From positions 7,111 through 71,110 of the forward strand of contig CAINWP010000207.1 in NCBI GenBank assembly GCA_903854475.1: DNA of 64,000 bases, given 5' to 3'. Below are positions 1 to 9,084 of the stretch, piece after piece. Below the pieces are notes generated by a model. It saw only the letters and a list, made by a program, of their open reading frames with translations. It was not told the origin of the DNA and searched no databases. A program made the position numbers and the translations under genes. This stretch comes from an uncultured Verrucomicrobiota bacterium (GTDB lineage Bacteria > Verrucomicrobiota > Verrucomicrobiia > Limisphaerales > UBA9464). Numbering within the stretch: the first letter of the stretch is position 1; every line of letters begins with the position of its first letter.

Positions 1-837
1 CCGAATCTGGAGGGTTTCCAGTTGGTGGCGGGTTGCGGCGGCTTCCGCCTGACTGGCGGCGCACCGAGCTTCAGCCTCAGCGAGAGTCGTCTGGACCTCG
101 GTAAAACGGGTGCGTTCTTCATCCTGACGGGTCAGGAGTTGAGAGACTGACTGGCATTCCGATTCAGCGCTGACGAGTTGAGTGCGGACTCCTTCCAGCG
201 TGGTGTCCCGCAGTTGCACAGCCTCTTGCAGGGCGAGGTTGACTGTTAATTGAGCGGCTAATTCGCGACGGGATTGGTCGAGCAGCGGACGCAGCGTTTC
301 ATTTTCCGAAACAGCGAGTTGTTGAGCCAGCCGCAGCGATTGAAGAGCAGCTTCTTGGTCCAAAGCCAGCGGTGCCGCCGTGGCTAGTTGCAGCTTTAGG
401 TCCAGAACTTCGGATTCGGCGGATTGGCGCAGGGAACGTTCCATCGACCCCTGTCCCGAAAGCGTGTGGATCTCTGCTCGCAAATTTGCGGCGATTTCTT
501 CGTCTTCCGTTTTGGCCTGCTTCAGTAGACCCAATTCAGCAGCAGCCCGTTGCGCAGTTGCGAGGTTCTCAGCCGAACGTTGAGCTCCGAGAGCTTCAGC
601 CGCCGTCTTCGCCTTGACCGTGGCGTCCAATTCAATCGTCCGGTTCTTGAGGGTCTCGACTGAGCGGTTCAGCTCGTGGCGCAGATCAGTAATTTGCCGT
701 TCGCGGGTGAGCAACGCCTCTTGAGTCTCGAACATCGAGCTGCGCAGGAAGAACAGGTCCAGTAGCCACTTGACGAGCAATCCGCTCAGAAACGCGGCAG
801 CCAACGGCAGCCAAGGGGAGGCAAGTAGTGCAAACAT
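1..837 (-). CDS. Partial (C-terminus beyond window) membrane-anchored coiled-coil protein; N-terminal architecture resembles RmuC-type proteins
   Basis: Minus-strand frame open from ATG at 837 to the window edge (279 codons). It is absent from the ORF track because it has no stop in the window. Hydrophobic N-terminus MFALLASPWLPLAAAFLSGLLVKWLLDLFF is followed by Q/E/L/A/R-rich heptad-like sequence. The RmuC link is only by architecture. Confidence 0.55.
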   Translation of the reverse strand, partial: MFALLASPWLPLAAAFLSGLLVKWLLDLFFLRSSMFETQEALLTRERQITDLRHELNRSVETLKNRTIELDATVKAKTAAEALGAQRSAENLATAQRAAAELGLLKQAKTEDEEIAANLRAEIHTLSGQGSMERSLRQSAESEVLDLKLQLATAAPLALDQEAALQSLRLAQQLAVSENETLRPLLDQSRRELAAQLTVNLALQEAVQLRDTTLEGVRTQLVSAESECQSVSQLLTRQDEERTRFTEVQTTLAEAEARCAASQAEAAATRHQLETLQIR

Positions 838-926
838 AGAACCGAAGGGGCGATCGGTGATGGATGCTACCGATGCCGCATGCTCAGGGGAATCCCCAAT
901 CCCAGTGAAAAAGGGGTGCCCAGAAA

Positions 927-2861
927 TTAGCCTTCGACGGCGGTGACGCCGCGCTGGCGGAGCATGGCTTCCATGACTTGGTCCATGGCGTGTTCGGCCA
1001 AGGGGCGGCTCACTTCGTCGAGTCGGGCGTTGGCGGCCTTGAGTTGGGTGGGGTCGCCCGTCTTGGTCTTGGGATTTTCTTCCGCCAAAATGGCTTCGAC
1101 CGCTTCCAGGGCCTCGTGGAGTTGCTTTCGGTAGTCGTCGTCGAGGTCTTTGTCGTACTCCGCCATGGTCTTGCGGGTCGCCGTTAAGGTCTCGCCGCTG
1201 CGGATCTTGGCTTCGATCCATTGGCGGGCGCGCAAGTCGTCGAAGGCGTTTTCGACGGATTCCTCGACCATCTTCTGGACATCGGCGTCGTCGACGTCCA
1301 CGGCTGAGCGCATCTGGACGATCTTCTGGTGGCCGGTCTTCACGTCGCGGGCCAGCACGTGAAGGATGCCGTTGGCGTCGATCTCGAACTGCACACCCAC
1401 GCGCGGCACTCCCTTTGGGGCCGCCTCGAACTCGAGGTCGAACTCTCCGAGGCTCCAATTGTCACGGGCGCGCTCGCGCTCCCCCTGCAGGACGTGGATC
1501 TTCATGCTGCGCTGGTTGTCCACAGCGGTGGTGAAGAGTTCGCCTGCCTTCACTGGGATGGTTGTATTTCGGTGGATGATGACATTCATCAATCCGCCGA
1601 AGGTTTCGATGCCCAGTGAAAGCGGGGTGACATCGAGCAGGAGCAAGTGGCTGAGTCCGCCGCGCAGGATTTCTGCCTGGATGGCCGCGCCGAGCGCTAC
1701 CGCCTCATCGGGGTTTTGCGAGGTGTTGAGCTGAGGGCCCTTGGATTTGTGGTGCTCGTCGCCCAAGCGCAGGTCTCCGCGGGTTTCTTCGAACTCCGAG
1801 CAACCAAACCAGTGCGCCACGCATTGCCGGACTAGCGGCATCCGGGTTTGTCCACCGACCAGGATGACTTGGTTCAGATCTTTGGACTCCAGTTTCGCGT
1901 CGCTGAGTGCGCGGAGGCAGTGCGAGCGGGTTTTCTCGATGATCCCGCGGGTGAGGGTTTCAAACTCTGCCCGGGTGATGCGGAGCAAGAAGCTAAAGTC
2001 GGGCGTGAGGAAGGGGAGTTGTACTTCCGTCTCTACGTCGGAGCTGAGGCGAATCTTGGCCGCTTCGGCGGCTTCTCGGATGCGGGAGACCAGCGGTTGC
2101 TGGGCCGGGGTGGCTTGCTGCAGATCGGGGCCGCCCGCCTTGGCGATCTCGGAGATGATGAAGTCGGTCAGCGCGCGGTCGAGGTCATCGCCGCCCAATC
2201 GGGTGTTTCCATGGGTGGCTAGGACTTGAAAGACGCCGTTGTTGAGCTCGAGAATGGAGAGGTCGAAGGTGCCGCCACCCAAGTCGTACACCGCGATCTT
2301 GGAGTGTTCCTTGAGCTTGTTGAGACCGTAGGCCAGCGCCGCCGCCGTCGGCTCGTTGATGATGCGCTCGACCTGGAATCCGGCCAGTTCTCCGGCCCGT
2401 AGGGTGGCGTTCCGTTGGGCGTCATTGAAATAGGCTGGAACGGTGATGACCGCACGATCTACGGGTTGTCCTAACGCTGATTCCGCATCCCGTTTGAGCT
2501 TCTTCAGCACCTCGGCAGCCACCTCTTCCGGGCTCCAAACCGTGCCTCCGATGTCGAAGCCGGCCGGGCCGTTCTCGGTGCGCTGGACGGGGTAGGTGAC
2601 TCGGAGGTCTTCGGGGGTGAGCATCGAGCCGCGCCGACCCATGAACCGCTTGGTGGAGTACAGGGTGCGCTCGGGGTGCAAAACGCGCACCCGATTGGCG
2701 GCTTGTCCTACTAGGGGGTCTCCGCCGTTGGCAGGAACATGGACCACTGAAGGGGTGAGACGTTGACCCTCCGCATCCGCGATAACGTAGGGGATGCCAC
2801 TCTCCACGATGGCGACCAGAGAGTTGGTGGTTCCGAGGTCGATGCCGACGATGTTACTCAT
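927..2861 (-). CDS. Hsp70-family chaperone (divergent DnaK/HscA-like paralog)
   Basis: GIDLGTTNS, DLGGGTFD, IINEPTAAALAYG and VLVGGQTRMP motifs; 644 aa. No grpE or dnaJ adjacent. Confidence 0.93.
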   Translation of the reverse strand: MSNIVGIDLGTTNSLVAIVESGIPYVIADAEGQRLTPSVVHVPANGGDPLVGQAANRVRVLHPERTLYSTKRFMGRRGSMLTPEDLRVTYPVQRTENGPAGFDIGGTVWSPEEVAAEVLKKLKRDAESALGQPVDRAVITVPAYFNDAQRNATLRAGELAGFQVERIINEPTAAALAYGLNKLKEHSKIAVYDLGGGTFDLSILELNNGVFQVLATHGNTRLGGDDLDRALTDFIISEIAKAGGPDLQQATPAQQPLVSRIREAAEAAKIRLSSDVETEVQLPFLTPDFSFLLRITRAEFETLTRGIIEKTRSHCLRALSDAKLESKDLNQVILVGGQTRMPLVRQCVAHWFGCSEFEETRGDLRLGDEHHKSKGPQLNTSQNPDEAVALGAAIQAEILRGGLSHLLLLDVTPLSLGIETFGGLMNVIIHRNTTIPVKAGELFTTAVDNQRSMKIHVLQGERERARDNWSLGEFDLEFEAAPKGVPRVGVQFEIDANGILHVLARDVKTGHQKIVQMRSAVDVDDADVQKMVEESVENAFDDLRARQWIEAKIRSGETLTATRKTMAEYDKDLDDDYRKQLHEALEAVEAILAEENPKTKTGDPTQLKAANARLDEVSRPLAEHAMDQVMEAMLRQRGVTAVEG

Positions 2862-2981
2862 TGAACTGGAGTGATTATGTCTGATTTGCCGGGGAAGCCA
2901 AGTCAGGTGCGGTCATTCCTTGAGAAAATCCCTGGGAAGCCCTCCGGAAAACGGCAGTGCCTACCGTCGTTGCTGCAGCCG

Positions 2982-3704
2982 TCAAGAAGCGGATTGAGCC
3001 GCTTTTTCTGCCAGGTACTTTTCGTAGGTGTTCGGGGCTCCCTTGACCAGGTAGGCGACTCCTTCGGGAGAGTGACGGATGCGGTCCGTGCTCTGGGTTT
3101 TCGACAAGTAGTCGTGAACGGCCCGCGAACAGCCATCCCAGATGAAGTAGTCGTCGATGAGTATCATGCCGCCCTTCACGACCTGAGGATAGAAGGCCTC
3201 CAGGCATACCCAGGTCGATTCGTACCAGTCTCCGTCCAACCGCAGCAGGGCTATGCCTGGATCGATGCGCACCCCGGGCACTGTTTCGTTGAACCAGCCC
3301 TTGTAGATCTTGAATCGCGATTCACCGGCCTTGGCCATGGCCTCTTCGGCGTAGGTTTGCTCGGCCTTGCAGTTGTCGAAGTAGTAGGTGTCGGTCTTGG
3401 CGGCCTGCCACTGTTTGGCGGCATTGCCATCGATGTCCTTGGCTTCGGGCAGACCTTCGAAGCTGTCGAAGAGATGGTAGGATCGGTTCTGCCCGCCCAA
3501 GACCGAGGCGATGCCAGCGACCATGCCACCACGCCAGACACCGCATTCCACGATATCCCCAGGGATGTCTCGCACCCGGCGAGCCAGGTCGATGTTGTCG
3601 GCATACATCGGTGGCGAGATCATGGTCCACGGGTGGAATGCCCGATAGATCGTCCGACCGGAGGCCTTAGGTCCGGGGCGCGGAGGGAAGAGTTTCGAGA
3701 GCAT
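2982..3704 (-). CDS. TylF/MycF-family (macrocin-O-methyltransferase-like) SAM-dependent methyltransferase
   Basis: GDIVECGVWRGG, LFDSFEGLP and LRLDGDWYEST motifs typical of the TylF family. Confidence 0.8.
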   Translation of the reverse strand: MLSKLFPPRPGPKASGRTIYRAFHPWTMISPPMYADNIDLARRVRDIPGDIVECGVWRGGMVAGIASVLGGQNRSYHLFDSFEGLPEAKDIDGNAAKQWQAAKTDTYYFDNCKAEQTYAEEAMAKAGESRFKIYKGWFNETVPGVRIDPGIALLRLDGDWYESTWVCLEAFYPQVVKGGMILIDDYFIWDGCSRAVHDYLSKTQSTDRIRHSPEGVAYLVKGAPNTYEKYLAEKAAQSAS

Positions 3705-3861
3705 GGTCGGAGAAAACCGTCTGTGAAGGATCGGACCAAAACGGTCGGCCTTCCAATCCCCTTTTTCGAGCGGTCTGTTTTCGGTTTTCCAAGAGGGATG
3801 ACGATGGTGTGACTATTGAGAGCTTAGTTATAGGGCCGAATCCGGTCGTCCCAAGGGCCGC

Positions 3862-4272
3862 TTGCCTTCCGGAGGGGTGTCTCCCAACCTATCAGCGGTG
3901 ACGCGACCTTTGGCCATTGTCTTCTACGAGAAGCTCCTTCCCGGAACTCAGGTGGTAAACCGTTTGACTGACCTCGGGTACCGTGTCACGGCGACCCAGA
4001 CCGCGGTGGACGTGCCACGCCTCGTGCGCGAACAGAGACCTATGGTTGTCATCGCGGATTTGGCTCTCCGCCATGGCGATTTCTGCGGGATCATTGCCCA
4101 ATTGCGGGCTAGTCCGGATCTGGCGCATGTGCCCATCTTGGGTTACTGCGATTCCAAGAACCGAAAACTGGTGGAGGCCGCTCTGGAGGCCGGTGCCAAG
4201 CTCGTTGCTGCGGAGCAGGGGATTCCCGATCAGTTGGCGCAATTGCTAGACCATGTGCTGGCTGTAGAGTGA
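3862..4272 (+). CDS. Stand-alone CheY-like receiver-fold protein with degenerate acidic pocket (pseudo-receiver)
   Basis: The beta-alpha pattern LAIVFYEK...VVIADLAL...VPILGYCDS...AGAKLV matches the receiver fold. The N-terminal DD pair is replaced by YE. Start is uncertain (TTG 3862 or GTG 3898). Confidence 0.5.
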   Translation: MPSGGVSPNLSAVTRPLAIVFYEKLLPGTQVVNRLTDLGYRVTATQTAVDVPRLVREQRPMVVIADLALRHGDFCGIIAQLRASPDLAHVPILGYCDSKNRKLVEAALEAGAKLVAAEQGIPDQLAQLLDHVLAVE

Positions 4273-4315
4273 GTTGGTTCTGTCTTCGGATCGGCCGTGT
4301 GGCCCCTGAAACCCC

Positions 4316-5131
4316 ATGAATTCCATCGCCCTTTCCCAAGGCATTCACGTTCAGCATTTGCTCTACCGCATCGACCGGATCCGCTGGGCCGGGCTTCCTG
4401 CGTGCGAGTCCGATCAGGTACGCTTTCGTCTGGAGGCCTTGGCCGCCCGTTTTCCCGGACCCGCTCATCCCCGGTTGATGACCCTGGCCAACGTGGGCGG
4501 AAAGGCCGATATCGGTTTCATTTTGTTCCACGCCACGCTCGACGGGCTTTCGGCGCTCCACCGCGATTTGGAGGCCTGTTTTCCGCCAGGAACTCTGGTT
4601 CCCATCTTTTCTTACCTGAGTGTGACCGAGTTGCCTGAGTATGTTCCGACTGAGGACGATCTCCGTCGCCATCTCGAGGCAGGTGAACCCCGCCACGCCC
4701 CCGATTCGCCGGAGTTCGAGCAGGCCCTCGAGGCGGCCAAGAAACGCAATGAGAGTCAGAAGTTCTATCGGCTTAATCCAGAACTGCAGGACGACTGGCC
4801 GATTGTTTGTTTCTACCCCATGAGCAAAAAGCGATCCGGGGGTGACAACTGGTACATGCTCGATTTCGCGGCCCGAAAGGCACTCATGGGCACCCACGCC
4901 CGCACCGGCCGCAAATACGCGGGCAAGATTAGCCAGCTCATCACGGGATCCACGGGTCTCGATGATTGGGAATGGGGCGTCACGCTGTTGGCCCATCGAT
5001 TGGATGATGTGAAGGGCATCGTCTACGAAATGCGATTCGACGAGGTCACGGCCCGCTACGGCGACTTCGGCCCCTTCTACGTCAATCTCCGACTGCAACC
5101 CGCCGCACTGTGGCAGCATCTTCACCTGTGA
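4316..5131 (+). CDS. hemQ: Chlorite-dismutase-family protein, coproheme decarboxylase-like (HemQ/ChdC)
   Basis: Length and motifs resemble the HemQ clade (CFYPMSKKR, WYMLDF, R..LM..H and a YVNL-type C-terminus). Translationally coupled to hemW. Confidence 0.75.
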   Translation: MNSIALSQGIHVQHLLYRIDRIRWAGLPACESDQVRFRLEALAARFPGPAHPRLMTLANVGGKADIGFILFHATLDGLSALHRDLEACFPPGTLVPIFSYLSVTELPEYVPTEDDLRRHLEAGEPRHAPDSPEFEQALEAAKKRNESQKFYRLNPELQDDWPIVCFYPMSKKRSGGDNWYMLDFAARKALMGTHARTGRKYAGKISQLITGSTGLDDWEWGVTLLAHRLDDVKGIVYEMRFDEVTARYGDFGPFYVNLRLQPAALWQHLHL

Positions 5132-6399
5132 ACTCATCCACCTCGGGAGCACCGCTTCGGTTGGTCTCCAACGGCACCACATGGATTCCAGCGGCGGGGT
5201 CGGCGAATGCTCCAGTCGAGTCGTTGTACGTGCATGTGCCTTTCTGTGCGCAGAAGTGCGAGTACTGCGCTTTCTATTCGGGCCCCGCCTCGGGCGACTT
5301 GATCCAGCGCTACGTTCAGGCGCTCCTTCTGGAGTTGGAACTCATCGCCCAAGATTGCCGACCCAAAACGGTGTTTTTTGGCGGTGGAACTCCGTCGTTG
5401 TTGAGCCTCAAGCAATGGGAGTCGGTCTTGACGACCCTCCACCGATTGGGCCTCGGCAATGCTCCGGAGTTCAGCGTGGAGTGCAATCCGGCGACCGTTT
5501 CGGCGGATAAAGCGGCCCTTTTGCGCCAGTTTGGGGTGAACCGTATTTCCATGGGCGTGCAATCGCTCGATGAGGCGTTGCTGGACCGGTTGGGGCGTGT
5601 CCACAGCCGCGACATGGTGTTCCGCAGTTATGACATCTTGAGAAAGGCGGGCTTCGAGAACATCAACATCGATCTGATGTTTGCGATCCCGGGTCAGACG
5701 ATGGACATCTGGAATCGCACATTAGACGAAGCCTTGGCCCTGGGCACAGAGCATCTCAGTTGCTACGAGGTGATTTACGAGGAGGATACCCCCCTTTACG
5801 AGCAGCTCAAAGCCGGGGAATGCGATGTGGATGACGACTTAGCGGCCGACCAGTACGAGGTGTTGTACGATCGCGTTGGAGCTGCGGGTTTTGGGGCCTA
5901 CGAAGTTGCCAATTTTGCCCGTCGCCGGCGGGTGTCCGAGTCGGTGGATCGACCGGAGGCGGAGCCCGGCATCCCGGCGTTCGCTTGTCGACACAATGTC
6001 GGTTATTGGCGCGGACGAGATAGCTACGGTTTGGGCCCCAGCGCCAGCGAATGGGTGCGTGGGTTGCGCTCGCGCAACTGGTCCAACACGGTGCTGTATT
6101 GCGAGCAGTTGGAAAAAGGCCGCCGAGCTAAGGAATTCGCCGAAGCGCTCCCGCTTCTTGGGCGAGCCGGAGAAATGGCCGCCTTCGGTTTGCGGATGAA
6201 TGCCGGTTGGCCGTGGGAAGAATTCCAAGGTCGGACGGGATTCGACCTTAGAACCGAATGGCCCACGGAGATGGCTCAACTGGTGTCCAGGGGTTGGGCT
6301 GAGATCACTCCGACCCATTTCCGGTTGACCCGGGTCGGGCTGCGCTTCGCGGATTCTGTAGCCCAGTTGTTCTTGCGACCCGAGTCCCCCCGGCTGTGA
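5128..6399 (+). CDS. hemW: Radical SAM HemN-family protein, HemW-like heme chaperone / anaerobic coproporphyrinogen oxidase-like
   Basis: LYVHVPFCAQKCEYCAF (CxxxCxxC), FFGGGTPSLL and RISMGVQS motifs. Track ORF starts at 5110. GTG at 5128 overlaps the hemQ stop (GTGA), so 5128 is preferred. Confidence 0.88.
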   Translation: MNSSTSGAPLRLVSNGTTWIPAAGSANAPVESLYVHVPFCAQKCEYCAFYSGPASGDLIQRYVQALLLELELIAQDCRPKTVFFGGGTPSLLSLKQWESVLTTLHRLGLGNAPEFSVECNPATVSADKAALLRQFGVNRISMGVQSLDEALLDRLGRVHSRDMVFRSYDILRKAGFENINIDLMFAIPGQTMDIWNRTLDEALALGTEHLSCYEVIYEEDTPLYEQLKAGECDVDDDLAADQYEVLYDRVGAAGFGAYEVANFARRRRVSESVDRPEAEPGIPAFACRHNVGYWRGRDSYGLGPSASEWVRGLRSRNWSNTVLYCEQLEKGRRAKEFAEALPLLGRAGEMAAFGLRMNAGWPWEEFQGRTGFDLRTEWPTEMAQLVSRGWAEITPTHFRLTRVGLRFADSVAQLFLRPESPRL

Positions 6400-6418
6400 C
6401 AATTTGCTGGGAGTATCC

Positions 6419-6448
6419 GATTAGAACCGCGTCCTTGCGGTTCTAATC
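6419..6448 (+). terminator. Perfect 12-bp inverted repeat hairpin 20 nt after the hemW stop (no U-tract)
   Basis: gattagaaccgc-gtcctt-gcggttctaatc read directly. It lacks a T-run, so it could be a terminator or a protein-binding palindrome. Confidence 0.45.
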
Positions 6449-6589
6449 TGTGGTACCGCTCGTGGTGGTGCTTGTCGCTGCCAGCCTACTTGAGACTCCC
6501 GTAAACTGCGGCTTTCTATCGCCTGAATTCCATTGTAGCAAACGGCCGTTAAATAGTTATTAGTGGCCCCTTTTGTGTAAATAGGTGGG

Positions 6590-6610
6590 ACCGACCCCGG
6601 CGGGGTCGGT
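6590..6610 (-). terminator. GC-rich hairpin downstream of cstA
   Basis: accgacc-ccggcgg-ggtcggt lies 17 nt after the cstA stop on the minus strand, followed by cccacctattt. Confidence 0.45.
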
Positions 6611-6626
6611 GGGATCCGGCGGGATT

Positions 6627-8987
6627 TTAGCAGCAGCGGTTGGGGCCGTTGAGGCGGGCTTCGGCGGCTTGGACGTAGGCGATGGGGGCGTTGTGACGGC
6701 GGGCGGCTTCAGTCACTTCGGGTAGGGGAATGAGCACGGCTTGCGAGGGCACTTGCTGCGAGACATTCGCCTCGAGTTGACGGGCTGTGCGGTCTACGGC
6801 GTCTTGTCCCGACCAGTTGCGCAGTAGGGCTAGGCCCAGCGCAAAGATCCCGGCCCAACCGGTGCGGTTGCTTCCCTCGGCCAACGCGGATTCCGGGAGC
6901 CACACGGGCACTTCTTCGCTCGAGTCAGGGGTTCGCCGGCCGCGCAGTAGGCGAACCCACTCCAGCATGGCTCCGGTCACGATCAGGGCAGCCAACCCCA
7001 GGAAGACTGCCGTTACTCCCACGTCCAAGGCGTTGTTGAGGCGGCGGCTGCGATTTGCACGAAGGGCCTTCTGGGCTGCGGCATCCTCGGGGGCGGAGTC
7101 AGCAGCCCGTTGAAGGGCGGGGTATTTTTGGTCCAGGTCCCGGACGTTGGCCAGGAAGCCGATACGCGGTGATGGATGGAAGATTTTCTGAAATCCGGCG
7201 GTCCCGGTGACCGCCAAAAGCCAGATGAGCGGCAGGAGTGCCACCCACGCGATTGCTAGGGATTTGCCGCGGGCCAGCGCTTGCTTGAGGAGCAACGTGG
7301 TGGCCAAGACGAGGGCGATGGCGGCAAGCAATTGATTGGCGATGCCAAAGAGCGGCCAGAGCGAATTGATGCCGCCCAAGGGGTCTCGGACTCCTTGGAT
7401 TAGAAACCACCCCCAACCGGCCACGATCAATGCGCTTGCCAAGGCTCCGGCGGCGGTTGATCGCACGTCTCCCAGGGGTTTCCAAAGGTGACCGAGGGCG
7501 TCTTGCAAAAGGTACCGGCCGACGCGGGTTCCGGCATCCAGGGTCGTCAGAATGAACAACGCCTCGAACATGATGGCGAAGTGGTACCAGACATCGAGCC
7601 ACCGTCCGTGGGTCAACTGCGAGAACAGGTTGGCCATGCCGACGGCGAGTGTAGCAGCGCCCCCGGTCCGTCCGTAGAGCGAACTCTCGCCGACCTGTCG
7701 TGCCAGCGAGTCCATCACTCCGGGATCCAGAGTGAAGCCCGTTGCCCGAACCTTGGCCACGGTGTCTGCGGCGATGGCGGCCGCGTCGGCACCCGTGCCA
7801 GCGATGTTAATTGCCAAGTAGACACCGGGTTCGAGGGTGCAGGCCGCAATCAATGCCATAATGGCCACCAATGATTCTAGGAGCATGGCACCGTACCCGA
7901 TGGGGCGGGCGTAGCTCTCGCGGGTGATGATTTTCGGGGTGATGCCGCTGGCGATGAGCGTGTGGAAACCACTGATGGCTCCGCAGGCAATGGTGATGAA
8001 GCAAAATGGAAACAATTTGCCCGGAACGACGGGCCCCGAGCCGTCTATAAAGGCGGTGAGGGCGGGCATCTTGAGGATGGGCAGCACCAACAGCACGCCC
8101 GCGGCCAAGGCGAGGATGGTTCCGAGCTTCATGAAGGTGCTGAGGTAGTCCCGCGGCGCGAGCAGTAACCAGACCGGCATCACGCTCGCGGCGAACCCGT
8201 AGAGAACGATGGCCCAGGCCAAGGGTTCGGCCGAGAAGGTGAAGAGTTTGGCGAGCGCAGGATTGCTGTGGATCCATTGACCTCCCCAGACGGCTGCGAT
8301 CAGTAAGAGGACGCCGAGCACCGAACCTTCCAGAGTTTTTCCAGGCCGGACATATCGCAGGTACAGGCCCATGAGGAGCGCGATGGGGATGGTTGCCCCA
8401 ACGGTAAAAACGCCCCAAGGGCTCTCGGCGAGCACCTTCACGACAACCAACCCGAGCACCGCCAGAAGGATGATCATGATCGACAAGATCGCCACCAGGG
8501 ACAGTGCACCCAGGAAGGGATTCAATTCGTCCTTCACCATTTGCCCCAGGGAACGTCCGTTGCGGCGCATGGATGCGGCGAGAATAAGAAAGTCTTGGGC
8601 GGCACCGCCCAGGATGACGCCGATAAGAATCCACAGCGTTCCAGGAAGGTAGCCGAACTGGGCGGCCAGCACGGGGCCGACCAGAGGCCCGGGTCCGGAG
8701 ATGGCGGCAAAATGATGTCCGAAGACGATCCAGCGGTGGGTCTTCACGAACTCCCGCCCATCTTCATGGCGTTCACAGGGCGTGGCTCGGCGATCGTCGA
8801 GCATCAAGACTTTGGCGGCGATCCAGCGTGAGTAAAATCGGTATCCGATGGCGTAGGTGCATAAGGCTGCCACCAGGATGTAGGCTGAGCTGACTGGTTC
8901 TTGACGATGAGTCGCCAGAATGAAGTAGGCGAAGGCTCCCAGCGCCGCCACCAGGGTCCAAGCCAATCCGCGCCCAAGGGAATGCAT
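6627..8987 (-). CDS. cstA: Carbon starvation protein A family transporter (CstA/BtsT-like) with extended C-terminus ending NRCC
   Basis: N-terminus YRFYSRWIAAKVL...FGHHFAAISGPGPLVGPVLAAQFGYLPG is classic CstA. Many TM segments; 786 aa. Confidence 0.93.
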   Translation of the reverse strand: MHSLGRGLAWTLVAALGAFAYFILATHRQEPVSSAYILVAALCTYAIGYRFYSRWIAAKVLMLDDRRATPCERHEDGREFVKTHRWIVFGHHFAAISGPGPLVGPVLAAQFGYLPGTLWILIGVILGGAAQDFLILAASMRRNGRSLGQMVKDELNPFLGALSLVAILSIMIILLAVLGLVVVKVLAESPWGVFTVGATIPIALLMGLYLRYVRPGKTLEGSVLGVLLLIAAVWGGQWIHSNPALAKLFTFSAEPLAWAIVLYGFAASVMPVWLLLAPRDYLSTFMKLGTILALAAGVLLVLPILKMPALTAFIDGSGPVVPGKLFPFCFITIACGAISGFHTLIASGITPKIITRESYARPIGYGAMLLESLVAIMALIAACTLEPGVYLAINIAGTGADAAAIAADTVAKVRATGFTLDPGVMDSLARQVGESSLYGRTGGAATLAVGMANLFSQLTHGRWLDVWYHFAIMFEALFILTTLDAGTRVGRYLLQDALGHLWKPLGDVRSTAAGALASALIVAGWGWFLIQGVRDPLGGINSLWPLFGIANQLLAAIALVLATTLLLKQALARGKSLAIAWVALLPLIWLLAVTGTAGFQKIFHPSPRIGFLANVRDLDQKYPALQRAADSAPEDAAAQKALRANRSRRLNNALDVGVTAVFLGLAALIVTGAMLEWVRLLRGRRTPDSSEEVPVWLPESALAEGSNRTGWAGIFALGLALLRNWSGQDAVDRTARQLEANVSQQVPSQAVLIPLPEVTEAARRHNAPIAYVQAAEARLNGPNRCC

Positions 8988-9084
8988 GAGGTCAAGGATG
9001 CCAAAACCGCCCAGAATACTCCTACGAAAACCTGCGGGGAAACTTCATCTCGAAAGCCGGACGGATCTGGGTAGTCTCGTCTCA

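Noticed and set aside
2871-3812. 313-aa plus-strand ORF
   Set aside because: It is antisense to the TylF-family methyltransferase and has low-complexity G/V/R composition.
4109-5182. 357-aa minus-strand ORF
   Set aside because: It is antisense to hemQ. The plus frame carries recognisable chlorite-dismutase-family blocks.
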